Below, one piece after another: positions 18,156 through 28,900 of a DNA stretch of 64,000 nt. How positions within the stretch are numbered: the first letter of the stretch is position 1; the number at the start of each line of letters is the position of its first letter. The stretch is from an uncultured Oscillospiraceae bacterium (GTDB lineage Bacteria > Bacillota > Clostridia > Christensenellales > CAG-314): NCBI GenBank assembly GCA_964607155.1, contig CAZSIF010000001.1:52511-116510 (forward strand), given 5' to 3'. Both the position numbers and the translations under genes were made by a program. The notes under the pieces are model-generated. The model did not search any database, was not told the DNA's origin, and saw nothing but the letters and a program-made list of their open reading frames with translations.

Positions 18156-20168
18156 ATGAACGTTTATATTCCAAAGGAATACGGTTTTTGTAAAGGCGTC
18201 GAACGCGCGGTCGCAAAGGCTCTGGAAGCACCAAAACCGTCGTATTGTTTGGGGCAGCTTGTGCACAATAAGAGCGTCGCTGACGAGCTTGTCGCTCGGG
18301 GCATTGTGACGGTTAATAGCATTGACGAGGTGCCGAACGGTGCAACGGTAATAATCCGTGCGCATGGCGAGCCGCCCAAAGTATATCGTGCAGCAGAGGC
18401 TCGCGGCATAACTGTGGTGGACACAACTTGTCCGTCGGTGCGTGCAATCCAACAAAAAGCAAAAAAATACAATGCTTTGGGATATCAAGTGGTTCTTATA
18501 GGGGACGCATCGCACCCCGAAATAAAAGGGATAAACGGGTGGTGCGATAATTCGGCAATTATTACCGACGGAAAAAGCCCGATAACCATTTGTGGGTGTG
18601 AAAAGGTTCTTGTAATGTTCCAAACCACCTACGATACGCGTTTTTTTGAAAAAAGTTTGCAAAATATTTGCGCAGATGGCGTTAAAACGCTTGAAATATT
18701 TAACACAATTTGTTATACTACTACGGTAAGGCAAAATTATGCCCAAAGCTTATCCGAAAAATGCGACCTTGCAGTAGTTGTCGGTGACAAAAACAGCAGC
18801 AATACGCGGCGGCTGTACGATATCGCAAGCAAAAATTGCAGGACGGTTTGGGTGGAAGGCGTTGAGGCTGATATTGATTACGCAAAATGTAGAAACGTAT
18901 GTTTCATTTCAGGCGCATCAACTCCGAGCGAGTTGATCAAGGGGGTTTTTGAAAGAATGATTGAAGAAACAAAAGACACCGCTGTTGTAACAGCAGTATC
19001 CGACGAAAGTGTCGCGATTGCTCCGGAGGTTGTCGCTTCCGAAGAAAATGTAATGGACAAAGACGAAGCCATGCTTGCAAAAGCAGTATCGGAAATGAAG
19101 GAAGGACACAGATACAAGCTGGGTCAAAGAGTAAAGTGCCGCGTAGTTCTTGTTAGCGATGATGGCGTTTACGTTAGTATACCTTCGTCTAAAAAAGAAG
19201 GCTTTATTCCAAATGACGAACTTGCAATGGATGGTAACTTTGATGCCGTAAAGCACACGTTGGATTCCGACTCCGTATTGGAATGCGCCGTTATTTCCGT
19301 TGAAAAAGGTATTACCCTTTCTAAAAAAGCTATCGACGAGCGTTACAAGGATGACGAACTCGTAGAAGGTATTAAGCAAGGAAACGAATTTGAGTGCACA
19401 ATGAACCGTGTTGGTAAGGAATGTCTTACCGGTAAACTCGGTAGCTATACCGTTATCGTACACGCATCTCAAATCAAAATCGGTTATGTAAAGAATCTTG
19501 ACCAATATCTTGGAAAAACTTTGCGTTTGGTTGTTACCGCTCCCGAAAAGGTGGACGAAGCTAAGCACGTTATCTTTGCCAGCCAAAAGGCAATTCTCGT
19601 AGCTGAGAAAAAGGCTAAGGAAGATGAATTTTGGAACAATATCGAAGTTGACGAAATTGTTGAAGGTAAAGTTCTTAGATTTGCTTCCTTCGGCGCATTT
19701 GTTGACGTAAGAGGTTTTGACTGTCTTGCTCACACAAGCGATTTGGCTTGGTTCCATGTGAACAATCCTGCAGAGGTTCTTGAAATCGGTCAAACATACG
19801 AATTTGTTGTTCTCGCTTTGGATAGAGAGAAGAACAGAGTATCGTTGGGATACAAACAACTTCAACCTCAACCTTGGGAACTTGCAGCAGAAAAATTCCC
19901 TGTGGGTGCAAAGGTTGTAGGAAAAGTTGCTCGCATTTTGCCCTTCGGCGCATTTATCGAGCTGGATAAGCACATCGACGGTTTGCTTCACGTTTCCAAC
20001 GTTTCGTGGGAATGGCTTGACGATATCAACAAGGCACTGAAAATCGGTGACGAAATTGAAGTTGAAGTGCTTGAATTCGACGCTGAAAACAAACGTATTA
20101 CACTGTCGAGAAAATCTTTGCTTGAAAAACCCGCACAGGTTACAAGCGCAGAAAAGGACGCAGAGTAA
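18156..20168 (+). CDS. ispH: Bifunctional 4-hydroxy-3-methylbut-2-enyl diphosphate reductase (IspH/LytB) fused to four ribosomal protein S1 domains
   Basis: 670 aa. The N-terminal ~280 aa are IspH-like (GFCKGVERA, TTCPSV, SSNT). The C-terminal half holds four S1 OB-fold repeats, for example GKVLRFASFGAFVDV and GKVARILPFGAFIEL. Confidence 0.9.
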   Translation: MNVYIPKEYGFCKGVERAVAKALEAPKPSYCLGQLVHNKSVADELVARGIVTVNSIDEVPNGATVIIRAHGEPPKVYRAAEARGITVVDTTCPSVRAIQQKAKKYNALGYQVVLIGDASHPEIKGINGWCDNSAIITDGKSPITICGCEKVLVMFQTTYDTRFFEKSLQNICADGVKTLEIFNTICYTTTVRQNYAQSLSEKCDLAVVVGDKNSSNTRRLYDIASKNCRTVWVEGVEADIDYAKCRNVCFISGASTPSELIKGVFERMIEETKDTAVVTAVSDESVAIAPEVVASEENVMDKDEAMLAKAVSEMKEGHRYKLGQRVKCRVVLVSDDGVYVSIPSSKKEGFIPNDELAMDGNFDAVKHTLDSDSVLECAVISVEKGITLSKKAIDERYKDDELVEGIKQGNEFECTMNRVGKECLTGKLGSYTVIVHASQIKIGYVKNLDQYLGKTLRLVVTAPEKVDEAKHVIFASQKAILVAEKKAKEDEFWNNIEVDEIVEGKVLRFASFGAFVDVRGFDCLAHTSDLAWFHVNNPAEVLEIGQTYEFVVLALDREKNRVSLGYKQLQPQPWELAAEKFPVGAKVVGKVARILPFGAFIELDKHIDGLLHVSNVSWEWLDDINKALKIGDEIEVEVLEFDAENKRITLSRKSLLEKPAQVTSAEKDAE

Positions 20169-20262
20169 TTAAAAATAACGTTATTTACCGTTTTCTACGA
20201 CTAAGGATCACTCCGACCTTTGTCGTGGATTGCGGCGAAAATAAAATAAGGAGGAAAACATC

Positions 20263-20517
20263 ATGACAAAGCAAGAAATCATTGCTAAGTACGGCAGAAA
20301 GGAAGGCGACACAGGTTCACCGGAAGTTCAAATTGCATTGCTCACAGAGCGTATCAACCACCTCACAGAGCACCTTAGAACTCACCAAAAGGACCATCAC
20401 TCCAGACGCGGTTTGCTTCAAATGGTAGGTCGCAGAAAGGGCTTGCTCGATTACCTTAAACAAACGGATATCGACAAGTATCGTCAAATTATTGCCGATC
20501 TCGGACTTAGAAAATAA
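20263..20517 (+). CDS. rpsO: 30S ribosomal protein S15
   Basis: 84 aa containing [46 protein letters not shown]. Confidence 0.97.
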   Translation: MTKQEIIAKYGRKEGDTGSPEVQIALLTERINHLTEHLRTHQKDHHSRRGLLQMVGRRKGLLDYLKQTDIDKYRQIIADLGLRK

Positions 20518-20526
20518 TGAAAACAA

Positions 20527-20570
20527 AAGGAGAAGGGCTTGTGTAATTCTTCGCCCTATCTCCTTTTTTT
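20527..20570 (+). terminator. Intrinsic terminator after rpsO
   Basis: The GGAGAAGGGC / GCCCTATCTCC stem is followed by TTTTTTT. Confidence 0.8.
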
Positions 20571-20790
20571 CGTTTTTTCTAAAATTGTAAATAATTATCA
20601 TAAATAAAATAACTTTTTTTATTATAAATCGTTTTTATTCGTGATACGCTTACAGGAAAAATCATATGCGATGACATTCAGTGTTGTATTTTACAAAGTA
20701 AGCGGTGTAAGTAAAAGCTTGTCTTTTACAGGGCGAAAGCATGAGCCTACGCCTGTGGGAAATATAGTGTGAAGGAGAAAAAAGATTATT

Positions 20791-22914
20791 ATGCAACAGT
20801 TTAAGAAAACAGAAGGAAAAATCGGCAACAGACCGTTTTATATTTTCGAAATGGAAATCGGTGGCAGATCGGTTCAAGTAGAAATTGGCAAATATGCTGA
20901 ACAGGCAAACGGATCGTGTATGGTTACCTGCGGCGAAACGGTTGTTATGACTAACGTTACTCTTGCAAAGCAACCTCGCGACGGCATTGACTTTTTCCCC
21001 TTGGGGGTTGATTTTGAGGAAAAAATGTACTCTGTCGGCAAAATCCCCGGAGGATTTAAAAAGCGTGAGGGCAGGGCAAGTGACAAGGCAATTTTGACAA
21101 GCCGTCTTATCGACAGACCTATTCGTCCGTTGTTCCCCAAGGGATTTTTGAACGATGTTTCCGTTATTGCAACGGCTATGTCGGTTGAGCCAGATATACA
21201 ACCGGAAGTATATGCAATGATGGGTAGCAGCATTGCTTTGTCCATATCGGATATTCCTTTTGCAGGACCTACCGGTAGCGTTGTTGTTGGATATGTTGAC
21301 GGAAAATATATTATCAACCCGACGCAAGAACAAAAAGAACGCAGTCTGCTTAACCTAAACCTTGCAGGAACCAAAGACGCCATCATGATGGTAGAAGCCG
21401 GTGCAAATGAGATTTCCGAAAAGGAAATGCTTGATGCAATCATGTTTGGTCACGAGGCAATCAAGGAGCAATGTGCGTTTATCGAGTACATTCGCAGTGA
21501 GGTTGGTAAGCCCAAGGCCAATATCGAGCTGCATCTGCCCAAAACCACGTCTGAGGAAATTATTCGTCCTTATGCAGACGAGCTGCTGACTGAGGCATTA
21601 AAAACTTTTGATAGATACGAGCGTCAGGCAAATCAAGACGCGGTGGAAGCAAAATGCCGTGAGCACTTTGCGGAAACCAACCCTGAGGTGCTCGATGACC
21701 TTGGCGACGTGTTGTACAAGATGACCAAGGAAAAGGTAAGAGCAAGAATTTTGAACGAGGGCATTCGTCCCGACGGCAGAAAACTTACCGAAATTCGTCC
21801 CATTTGGTGCGAAGCAGGCGTGCTGCCTAGAGTTCATGGTAGCGGTGTGTTTACGCGCGGAATGACGCAGGTTATTACAACTGCAACTCTTGGTACGATA
21901 TCTGAAGTTCAAAAGCTTGAAAACCTTGATGAGTTGGATACGTTCAAGCGCTATATGCATCACGACGATATGCCCGGATATTCCACGGGCGAGGCTAAGC
22001 CTTTGCGTAGCCCCGGTCGTAGAGAAATCGGTCACGGCGCATTGGCAGAAAGAGCACTTGAGCCTGTAATTCCCAGCGAAGCTGATTTCCCGTATGCAAT
22101 CCGTACCGTATCGGAAGTCGTTTCCAGTAACGGTAGCACGTCGCAGGCAAGTATTTGTGGTTCGACGCTGGCACTTATGGATGCAGGTGTGCCCATCAAG
22201 GCTCCTGTTGCCGGTATCGCAATGGGTTTGATGAAGTCCGAAGATGGTAGTAAGGTTGCAATCCTTTCCGATATCCAAGGCTTGGAGGACTTCCTTGGCG
22301 ATATGGACTTTAAGGTTGCGGGAACAACAAAAGGTATTACCGCAATCCAAATGGATATTAAAATCAAGGGCATCGATGAAGATATTCTTCGCACGGCTTT
22401 GGAACAAGCTCGTCAAGGTAGATTGTTTATTCTTGACCAAATGCTCAAAGTTTTGCCCGCTCCGCGCAAAGAGCTTTCAAAATATGCGCCCAAGATTATT
22501 TCCTTCAACATCGATCCGGATAAGATTCGTGAAGTTATCGGTAGTGGCGGAAAGGTTATCAATAAGATTATTGAGGAAACCGGAGTTAAAATCGATATCA
22601 CCGATGACGGCACAGTGTTTATTGCAACGGCTGATCAAGCAATGTCCGACAAGGCAAAAGCAATGGTGCTGGCTATCGCTAAGGATCCTGAGGTTGGCGA
22701 AGAGTTTACGGGCAAAGTTGTTCGCATCCTTGATTTCGGTGCGTTTGTTGAACTTGCTCCGGGCAAGGACGGCATGATCCATATTTCGAAGCTGTCCAAA
22801 CAACGCGTCGAGAAGGTAACAGACGTTGTTAATATTGATGACACGGTTGTTGTTAAAGTCGTTAAAATTGACGAAAAAGGCAGAATCGACCTTAAGCTTA
22901 TTAAAAAGCTGTAA
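20791..22914 (+). CDS. pnp: Polyribonucleotide nucleotidyltransferase (PNPase)
   Basis: 707 aa with two RNase PH domains plus KH and S1 domains (GKVVRILDFGAFVEL). The rpsO-pnp arrangement is canonical. Confidence 0.97.
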   Translation: MQQFKKTEGKIGNRPFYIFEMEIGGRSVQVEIGKYAEQANGSCMVTCGETVVMTNVTLAKQPRDGIDFFPLGVDFEEKMYSVGKIPGGFKKREGRASDKAILTSRLIDRPIRPLFPKGFLNDVSVIATAMSVEPDIQPEVYAMMGSSIALSISDIPFAGPTGSVVVGYVDGKYIINPTQEQKERSLLNLNLAGTKDAIMMVEAGANEISEKEMLDAIMFGHEAIKEQCAFIEYIRSEVGKPKANIELHLPKTTSEEIIRPYADELLTEALKTFDRYERQANQDAVEAKCREHFAETNPEVLDDLGDVLYKMTKEKVRARILNEGIRPDGRKLTEIRPIWCEAGVLPRVHGSGVFTRGMTQVITTATLGTISEVQKLENLDELDTFKRYMHHDDMPGYSTGEAKPLRSPGRREIGHGALAERALEPVIPSEADFPYAIRTVSEVVSSNGSTSQASICGSTLALMDAGVPIKAPVAGIAMGLMKSEDGSKVAILSDIQGLEDFLGDMDFKVAGTTKGITAIQMDIKIKGIDEDILRTALEQARQGRLFILDQMLKVLPAPRKELSKYAPKIISFNIDPDKIREVIGSGGKVINKIIEETGVKIDITDDGTVFIATADQAMSDKAKAMVLAIAKDPEVGEEFTGKVVRILDFGAFVELAPGKDGMIHISKLSKQRVEKVTDVVNIDDTVVVKVVKIDEKGRIDLKLIKKL

Positions 22915-22931
22915 ACTTTAATGTCTAAATT

Positions 22932-22965
22932 AAACCACGCTTTTAATGGAGGCGTGGTTTTTTTT
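22932..22965 (+). terminator. Intrinsic terminator after pnp
   Basis: The AAACCACGC / GCGTGGTTT stem is followed by a T-run. Confidence 0.85.
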
Positions 22966-23198
22966 GTAATTATTTTACGGAATGAGAGAATATTACGATT
23001 GAAGCAGATAAGTGGAATATTTATGACACTATAATAACAAATAATTCTTTGTTTATCCCAAATAAATAATACTATTATTGTCATAGATTGGCGATTTATT
23101 GGAAAAATACGCGAGATTAAGGTAGCAGCTGACGTTAGATGCGTGTAAAAACCTTATTGCATTGCAACGAGTTTTTGCGTGCCTTTTTTTGTGTTTGC

Positions 23199-23257
23199 AA
23201 CAGATAAAAAACTAAACAAGCTTTTTTTTAACAGATAAAACTAAACCGGCTTTTTTT
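23199..23257. repeat. Tandem direct repeat, two units of about 30 nt
   Basis: AACAGATAAAAAACTAAACAAGCTTTTTTTT is followed directly by AACAGATAAAACTAAACCGGCTTTTTTT. Confidence 0.7.
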
Positions 23258-23498
23258 AATAGAAAACATGCAGCCACAATACTGTAATTGCGGAATGACG
23301 TATGGTAATTGGTCCCTTCGATTTTGTGAAGTATTTGCTGTGCAAATTGCCTAACTATCAAATAATAACTATGGCTCACTGATTCATTCCTTAAGTAGGG
23401 CGTGGCTTGTTTTCCTCGGGCGGTTATGGAGCAAACGAATGACAACCGAAAATAATAAAATTTAACAAAGTGTCATAGAATAATTTGCGGAGCCGTTT

Positions 23499-24206
23499 AT
23501 GAAAGGCAGATTTTTTACCAACGTGATTGCTAACGTTGTGTTGATTGTAATTATTTGTGGATTGTCCATATTCACGTTGTCGTCCGCATCTACCAGTGTT
23601 TTTAATGCCAACGCCTATGCGCCAATTTATCGAGGCGGCGGAGATAACGTTTCGTTGATGATAAACGTTTATTGGGGAACGGAATATTTAATTGACATGT
23701 TGGCGATATTTGATAAGTATCAAATAAAAACGACCTTTTTTATCGGCGGATGTTGGGCAGTAAAAAATCCGGATATTTTGTGCGATATCGTAAATCGAGG
23801 TCACGAAATTGGCAATCACGGCTATTATCACAAGGCTCACTCTGATTTGACTTTCGAGCAAAATAAAACGGAGATATTTTCAACAGAAAAAGTTTTGTGG
23901 CAGCTTTCCTCGGTCAGAACATCGCTTTTTGCGCCGCCGTCGGGAGATTTTTCGACCGACACGCTCAAGGCTGCCGAGGAGCTTGGCTACACAACAATTA
24001 TGTGGTCGCGGGATACAATCGATTGGCGCGACAAGGACTCCGCAGTGATATACGAGCGTGCAACAAAAAACACCTGCGGTGGAGAGTTGATTTTAATGCA
24101 TCCTACTCAACATACTTTACAAGTGTTGGAAAAAATAGTACAATATTACATAAACAATGGCTTTTGTCTTACAACGGTTTCAGAAAATATTGCCGCATTA
24201 AAGTAG
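23499..24206 (+). CDS. Polysaccharide deacetylase (NodB domain), YlxY/PdaB-like
   Basis: 235 aa with an N-terminal TM helix. NodB motifs include HEIGNHGYYH. It sits between pnp and an M16 peptidase, as B. subtilis ylxY does. Confidence 0.85.
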   Translation: MKGRFFTNVIANVVLIVIICGLSIFTLSSASTSVFNANAYAPIYRGGGDNVSLMINVYWGTEYLIDMLAIFDKYQIKTTFFIGGCWAVKNPDILCDIVNRGHEIGNHGYYHKAHSDLTFEQNKTEIFSTEKVLWQLSSVRTSLFAPPSGDFSTDTLKAAEELGYTTIMWSRDTIDWRDKDSAVIYERATKNTCGGELILMHPTQHTLQVLEKIVQYYINNGFCLTTVSENIAALK

Positions 24207-24301
24207 ACGTAAATGATTATGTTTTTTGCGATTTTTTTTGCAAATCGACAATACTTGGTGTGTTTTTTTGTACGAAGTCGTTTAGACATAAAGGAGTAAA
24301 A

Positions 24302-25567
24302 ATGGAATATTATAAGCAATACCCAAGCGGTCTGCGACTTGTAGCAAAAAGGCTTGATGGATTTTACACGGTTTCTTTTGGTATCTACGTTAACGTTGGC
24401 AGCTCGTGGGAAAACGAACAAACAAACGGATTTGCGCATTTTATCGAGCATTTGCTTTTCAAGGGTACGCCCACGCGAACGGCGCAAAAAATCTCGGAGG
24501 AGATGGACGATATTGGTGCAAATATAAACGCATTTACTTCAAAGGATTCCACCTGCTTTTACACCAAGTGTATAAGCAAAGATCTTGAAAAATGTGTAGA
24601 CGTGCTATCCGATATGTATATCAATGCGCTGATTCCTCAAGACGAATTGGATAAGGAACGCGGTGTGGTACTGGAAGAAATCAGCATGTCGGAAGACACG
24701 CCCGACGACATAAGCGCAGAATTAATCTCGCAGGCGCTCTATTTTGACCAACCCTTAGGACTTACTATTCTTGGAAATCCCAATAACATAAAGTACTCTG
24801 ATAGACATAGTATACTGGAATTTAAGAATAAACACTATATCCCGTCCGAAACCGTCATTACAGTAGCGGGTAACTTTGATTTTGATACGCTCGACAAGCT
24901 TGTTCTCGATTATTTTGAGGCTCATTTGAGCGATAAGGCAGACTTGCCGCATATTGCCGAGCCGATTTCACAGTATACGTCTAAGTTTTTAAGTCGTTTT
25001 AAGGATATCCAGCAATCGCATTTGCAAATAGCTTTCCCTGGATGCGAATTTAACAGCGAGGACTCCTATGCTTTGACTACGCTTTGTTCTATTTTGGGCG
25101 GAGGGCAGTCGAGCAGATTGCACCAGACCATCCGTGAAAAAAACGGTTTAGCCTATGCTGTATATGCGTATCCTTCGTTTTATCGCAAAAGCGGTACATT
25201 TGAGATTTATGCAGGCGTTGCGCCTGAAAATATTGGCAAATGTTGTGAACTTATGGCGGACGAAATCAACAAACTTTTGCACGATGGCGTTACGCAAGCA
25301 GAGCTTGACCGTGCCAAAATGCAGGCGGTCAATTCGTTGCTGATGAGTTCGGAAAGCAACTTAACACTTATGCGCGCCTATGGCAGAGCAATGCTCAAGG
25401 CAGATAAGGTGTTTAGTATTGACGAAAATAGGCTCGGCTACGAGCGGTTGACGGTGGACGACCTTAATGAGGCGGCGCGCAAATACATGACGCGTCCGTT
25501 TGCTTTAAGCTATGTTGGACCAAAGTGCGATGCTTCCGACGCGATTTGTAAAATTACCATAAAATAA
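24302..25567 (+). CDS. M16-family zinc peptidase (YmxG/MlpA-like)
   Basis: AAGGAG lies upstream of ATG 24302. Inverted zinc motif HFIEHLLFKG. The track ORF from 23897 is an upstream extension that overlaps the deacetylase gene. Confidence 0.88.
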   Translation: MEYYKQYPSGLRLVAKRLDGFYTVSFGIYVNVGSSWENEQTNGFAHFIEHLLFKGTPTRTAQKISEEMDDIGANINAFTSKDSTCFYTKCISKDLEKCVDVLSDMYINALIPQDELDKERGVVLEEISMSEDTPDDISAELISQALYFDQPLGLTILGNPNNIKYSDRHSILEFKNKHYIPSETVITVAGNFDFDTLDKLVLDYFEAHLSDKADLPHIAEPISQYTSKFLSRFKDIQQSHLQIAFPGCEFNSEDSYALTTLCSILGGGQSSRLHQTIREKNGLAYAVYAYPSFYRKSGTFEIYAGVAPENIGKCCELMADEINKLLHDGVTQAELDRAKMQAVNSLLMSSESNLTLMRAYGRAMLKADKVFSIDENRLGYERLTVDDLNEAARKYMTRPFALSYVGPKCDASDAICKITIK

Positions 25568-25582
25568 CTTACAGCAATGCAA

Positions 25583-25617
25583 TGCGAGCTCGGTTGAAAA
25601 AGCCCGGGCTCGCATTT
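25583..25617 (+). terminator. Probable intrinsic terminator after the M16 peptidase gene
   Basis: An 11-bp stem (TGCGAGCTCGG / CCCGGGCTCGCA) with only a short T tract (TTT). Confidence 0.55.
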
Positions 25618-25853
25618 GATTATCTGCTTTGGTTTGTTAGAACGTTTACATATTTTTTTGTGATAAAAACTATTCGTATCGATTATTGCGACAAATATTT
25701 GCGTAAATCAACCAAGCATATTTTTATTACAAAAAACTTCTTGTAGGCTTTTATGCACAACAAAGCTTTTTTATTCTAAAAGTAGCTCAATAATCTTGTC
25801 GCGGACTTACTAAAAAATCGAAAAAAAACAAGTAATGCAATGGTTTGTAAGGG

Positions 25854-25882
25854 TTGATTATTTTATTATTTTATTGTATAAT
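25854..25882 (+). promoter_or_regulatory. Candidate sigma-A promoter for ftsK
   Basis: TTGATT, 17 nt, TATAAT, with TG immediately 5' of the -10. It lies about 60 nt upstream of the ftsK ATG. Confidence 0.45.
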
Positions 25883-25943
25883 ATAAAAGTATTTCTAAAA
25901 ATCTTTAAGCAAGGCGTTACGTCTTGCAACGGAGGCTTACTCG

Positions 25944-28900
25944 ATGAAAAATAATTTGTCGAAAAAGGCATTTAATATTACGGGAATAGCTGTCTGCTCG
26001 GCATTGATAATCTTTGTCTTTAGCGGACGGTATTTCCAGTCATTCTTAAAAGACGTTGCCAACTTCTTTTTGGGAAGTTTTGGCATGGCGTTTTACGGAA
26101 TTATGGTCGCGTTCATAGTTGCGTGCTCATTTTCTCTTTCGCACAAGCGTATTCGCATTCCGACAAAGTATATTGTGCATTTTAGCCTGCTGTTTTTGAC
26201 GGTTGTTTTATTTGTGCACACGCTAACGACAATGTACCTGCCGACGGAATACTCGGAATACGCACACCTTATTTATAACTATTACGACCTTGTTCCTACA
26301 ATGGGCGGAGTGGTTTTCGGCTCGATAGCCTATGCTATCAAAACCGTGCTTAGCACAGTTGGCGCAATTATTTTATACGTTATTTCGTTGGTGATAAACG
26401 TTTTTGTTATCGGCGACTTTTTCTACTGCTATGCCACAGGCAATCTTGTGCTAAAAACCCCGTCGGAGCATCACCGCGATGACGAGAACGTGCAACCGCA
26501 ACAACAGCAGCCTGTTTCAGTCGTGCAACAGCAGACGCAACCGCAACAGCCACGCTCACCAAGAGAAAAGGCGTATTCCGTTCTTTTTGAAAACGAGGCG
26601 GACGACTACGAGCGTCAATCGGATAATACGATGCAATATCCCGATTTACCGCAGGATAGTGATACGCCCATAAGTCGTCAGGACGCAACAAATATTTTGT
26701 TTGGTACCGCGGTGGATACCTCGCGCCAACAGCCGTTCACTCCCATTGAGCCTTCGTCACTGTTCGGCGGCAATGTGGAACCGACGGACGTACGGAGCGA
26801 TGACAGACAAGCTGCAAGCTCGTTTTTCGACGTAAAACCGCAGACTTCTGCAAATCAAGGACGTCAGGATATTTCCGCAAGTGACTATTTTTCGTCGTCA
26901 GGCTTTGTTCAACACCCCTCGACGGACAATAGCTCGTGGCTCATTTCCAATAACGATAGCCCTGAACTTTCTCGTCCGCATGAACCAACTCAACCTAAGG
27001 AGGAGTTTGGGTTTGGCTCCGTCGGCTCAATGCAAAAAGACGATGGCGTGGTTGAGCCGTTTATTGCCCCTAATGCAAATACCACAAAGCCGCAGGAGCC
27101 CGTGCAATCGGCTTGGCAACCTACACCCATAGTCGATTACGATGGTGTGCAAGAGGGGTATATACCTGCCAAACCAGTTGTTCCTGTTGACGAACCCGCT
27201 GTTGATGAACGTCCCGTTGTTGAGGCAACACAAACACCTGCTGCCGAGCAGCCCTTTGTGGAACCAGCACCGAGCACGGTTGCTTTTGAACAGCCGAAAG
27301 AGGCACCGATTATTATCGAAGAAAAGTCGCCTGCATCGCAGCCCGAGCAAGTTGATATAACGGAAATTGTTGTTGATGAACCGCAAAGTACAATGCCTTC
27401 GGACGAGCCTGCAACAACATTTGAAGCAAGTGCTCACGTTGACGAACCGACCATCGAGGTCGTGGAGCCCACACAGGAACCCGACGAGGACGAAATGGTT
27501 GTGGTGCCTACGGAAAAAATGGTCAAGGGCGGCATTCAAACGGGCTTTGACGTTGTTTCCAAAAAGGAAGCGGAACAACAACCCAAAATTCACAAATATC
27601 TAAAATACAACGAACCGCCAATGGAGTTGCTTAGCGAACCGCAGCCCTATGTTGACCTTGAGGAAGAAGATAGGCGAGCTGCCGCAGATGCAATTATTCG
27701 TAAGCTTTCTGTTTTCGGTATCGAAATTGAATTAGACAAGATTATTGTCGGACCGGCATTTTCTCGTTACATGTTCAAAGTGCTTTCGCTCAAAACGCGT
27801 ATGGGCGACTTTGCAAGATATAGCGACGACATCAAAGCTTGCCTTGAGGCACCGGAAGATATTCGCATTGAGGCGCCGGTGCACGGAACAAACCTTGTTG
27901 GCATTGAGGTTGCAAACAGAAAGAAAGGCTCCGTTGCTTTGCGTGCCGTGCTTGAATCACCGGAATTTCAAGAATCTAAAGGTAAGTTGACGTTTGCTAT
28001 CGGGCAGGATATTATGGGTAAGCCCATTATTCGCGACCTTGCAAAATTCCCACACTTGCTTGTTGCGGGTCAAACCGGCTCGGGTAAGAGTGTTGCGCTT
28101 AACTGCCTTATCGTAAGCTTGATGTACAAATATGGTCCGGAATATCTGCGTTTTGTTATGGTTGACCCCAAACTTGTGGAGCTATCTCGTTACAACGGCA
28201 TACCTCACATGCTCACGGCAGAAACCATAACCAAAACTAACGATGCGTTGGCGGCAATGGATTACCTTGTAAACGAGATGGAAAATCGTTACAAGCTGTT
28301 CCAAAGCATGCGCGTCGGTGATATAACGGATTACAACAATCGTATCAATCCGCAAACCACGCAAAAGTTGCCATACATTGTTTATATTGTTGACGAGCTT
28401 GCCGACCTTATGATGACGTGTAAGCAAGCGCTTGAGCAAAAAATCGGGCGTCTTGCTGCAAAAGCAAGAGCTGCAGGCATTCACTTGGTACTTGCAACGC
28501 AGCGTCCGGATGTTAAAGTTATCACCGGTAATATTAAGGCTAACCTTAACGCGCGTATTGCTTTGACCGTTTCGTCGCAATTCGATAGCCGTACGATTAT
28601 CGACTGTGGCGGTGCAGAAAAGTTACTTGGCAGAGGCGATATGCTGTTGATGGATCCGTCGGCACCCGATTTGGAGCGTATTCAAGGCGCATATGTTGGC
28701 AATGACGAAATTCGCGAGATTGTTGAGTGCTTAAAGAATCAAAATGAGTCATTCTTTGATCCGACCGCGTCCGAACAAATATTTGTAACGGATGCGCAAG
28801 AGGCTGAGGCAGAAAGGCAAGCGCAAGAGGAGGCAGAAAGCACCGCCGGTAAGGAAAACGGTCCGGATAGATTGGCTAGAAAGGCGTTGCGTTTTTGGCT

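Noticed and set aside
17964-19991. Long minus-strand ORFs (260 aa at 17964-18746; 357 aa at 18918-19991) antisense to ispH/S1
   Set aside because: They lie entirely inside a well-supported plus-strand gene, have no SD, and their composition is Cys/Phe/Arg-rich and low in information. These are typical shadow ORFs.
21598-22440. 280-aa minus-strand ORF antisense to pnp, and a 177-aa plus-strand out-of-frame ORF at 22244-22777
   Set aside because: They are embedded in the highly conserved pnp coding frame and show no independent signals.
23212-23445. A 77-aa minus-strand ORF in the pnp-deacetylase gap
   Set aside because: It has a TTG start and no SD, its C-terminus is encoded by the tandem repeat, and it has no family features.
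23897-24301. Upstream 135 codons of the track ORF 23897-25567
   Set aside because: They overlap the deacetylase gene out of frame. The M16 homology, preceded by a strong AAGGAG SD, begins at ATG 24302.
27027-27593. 188-aa minus-strand ORF and several 60-85 aa ORFs inside the ftsK linker region
   Set aside because: The repetitive, low-complexity linker DNA keeps several frames open, and no start signals are present.
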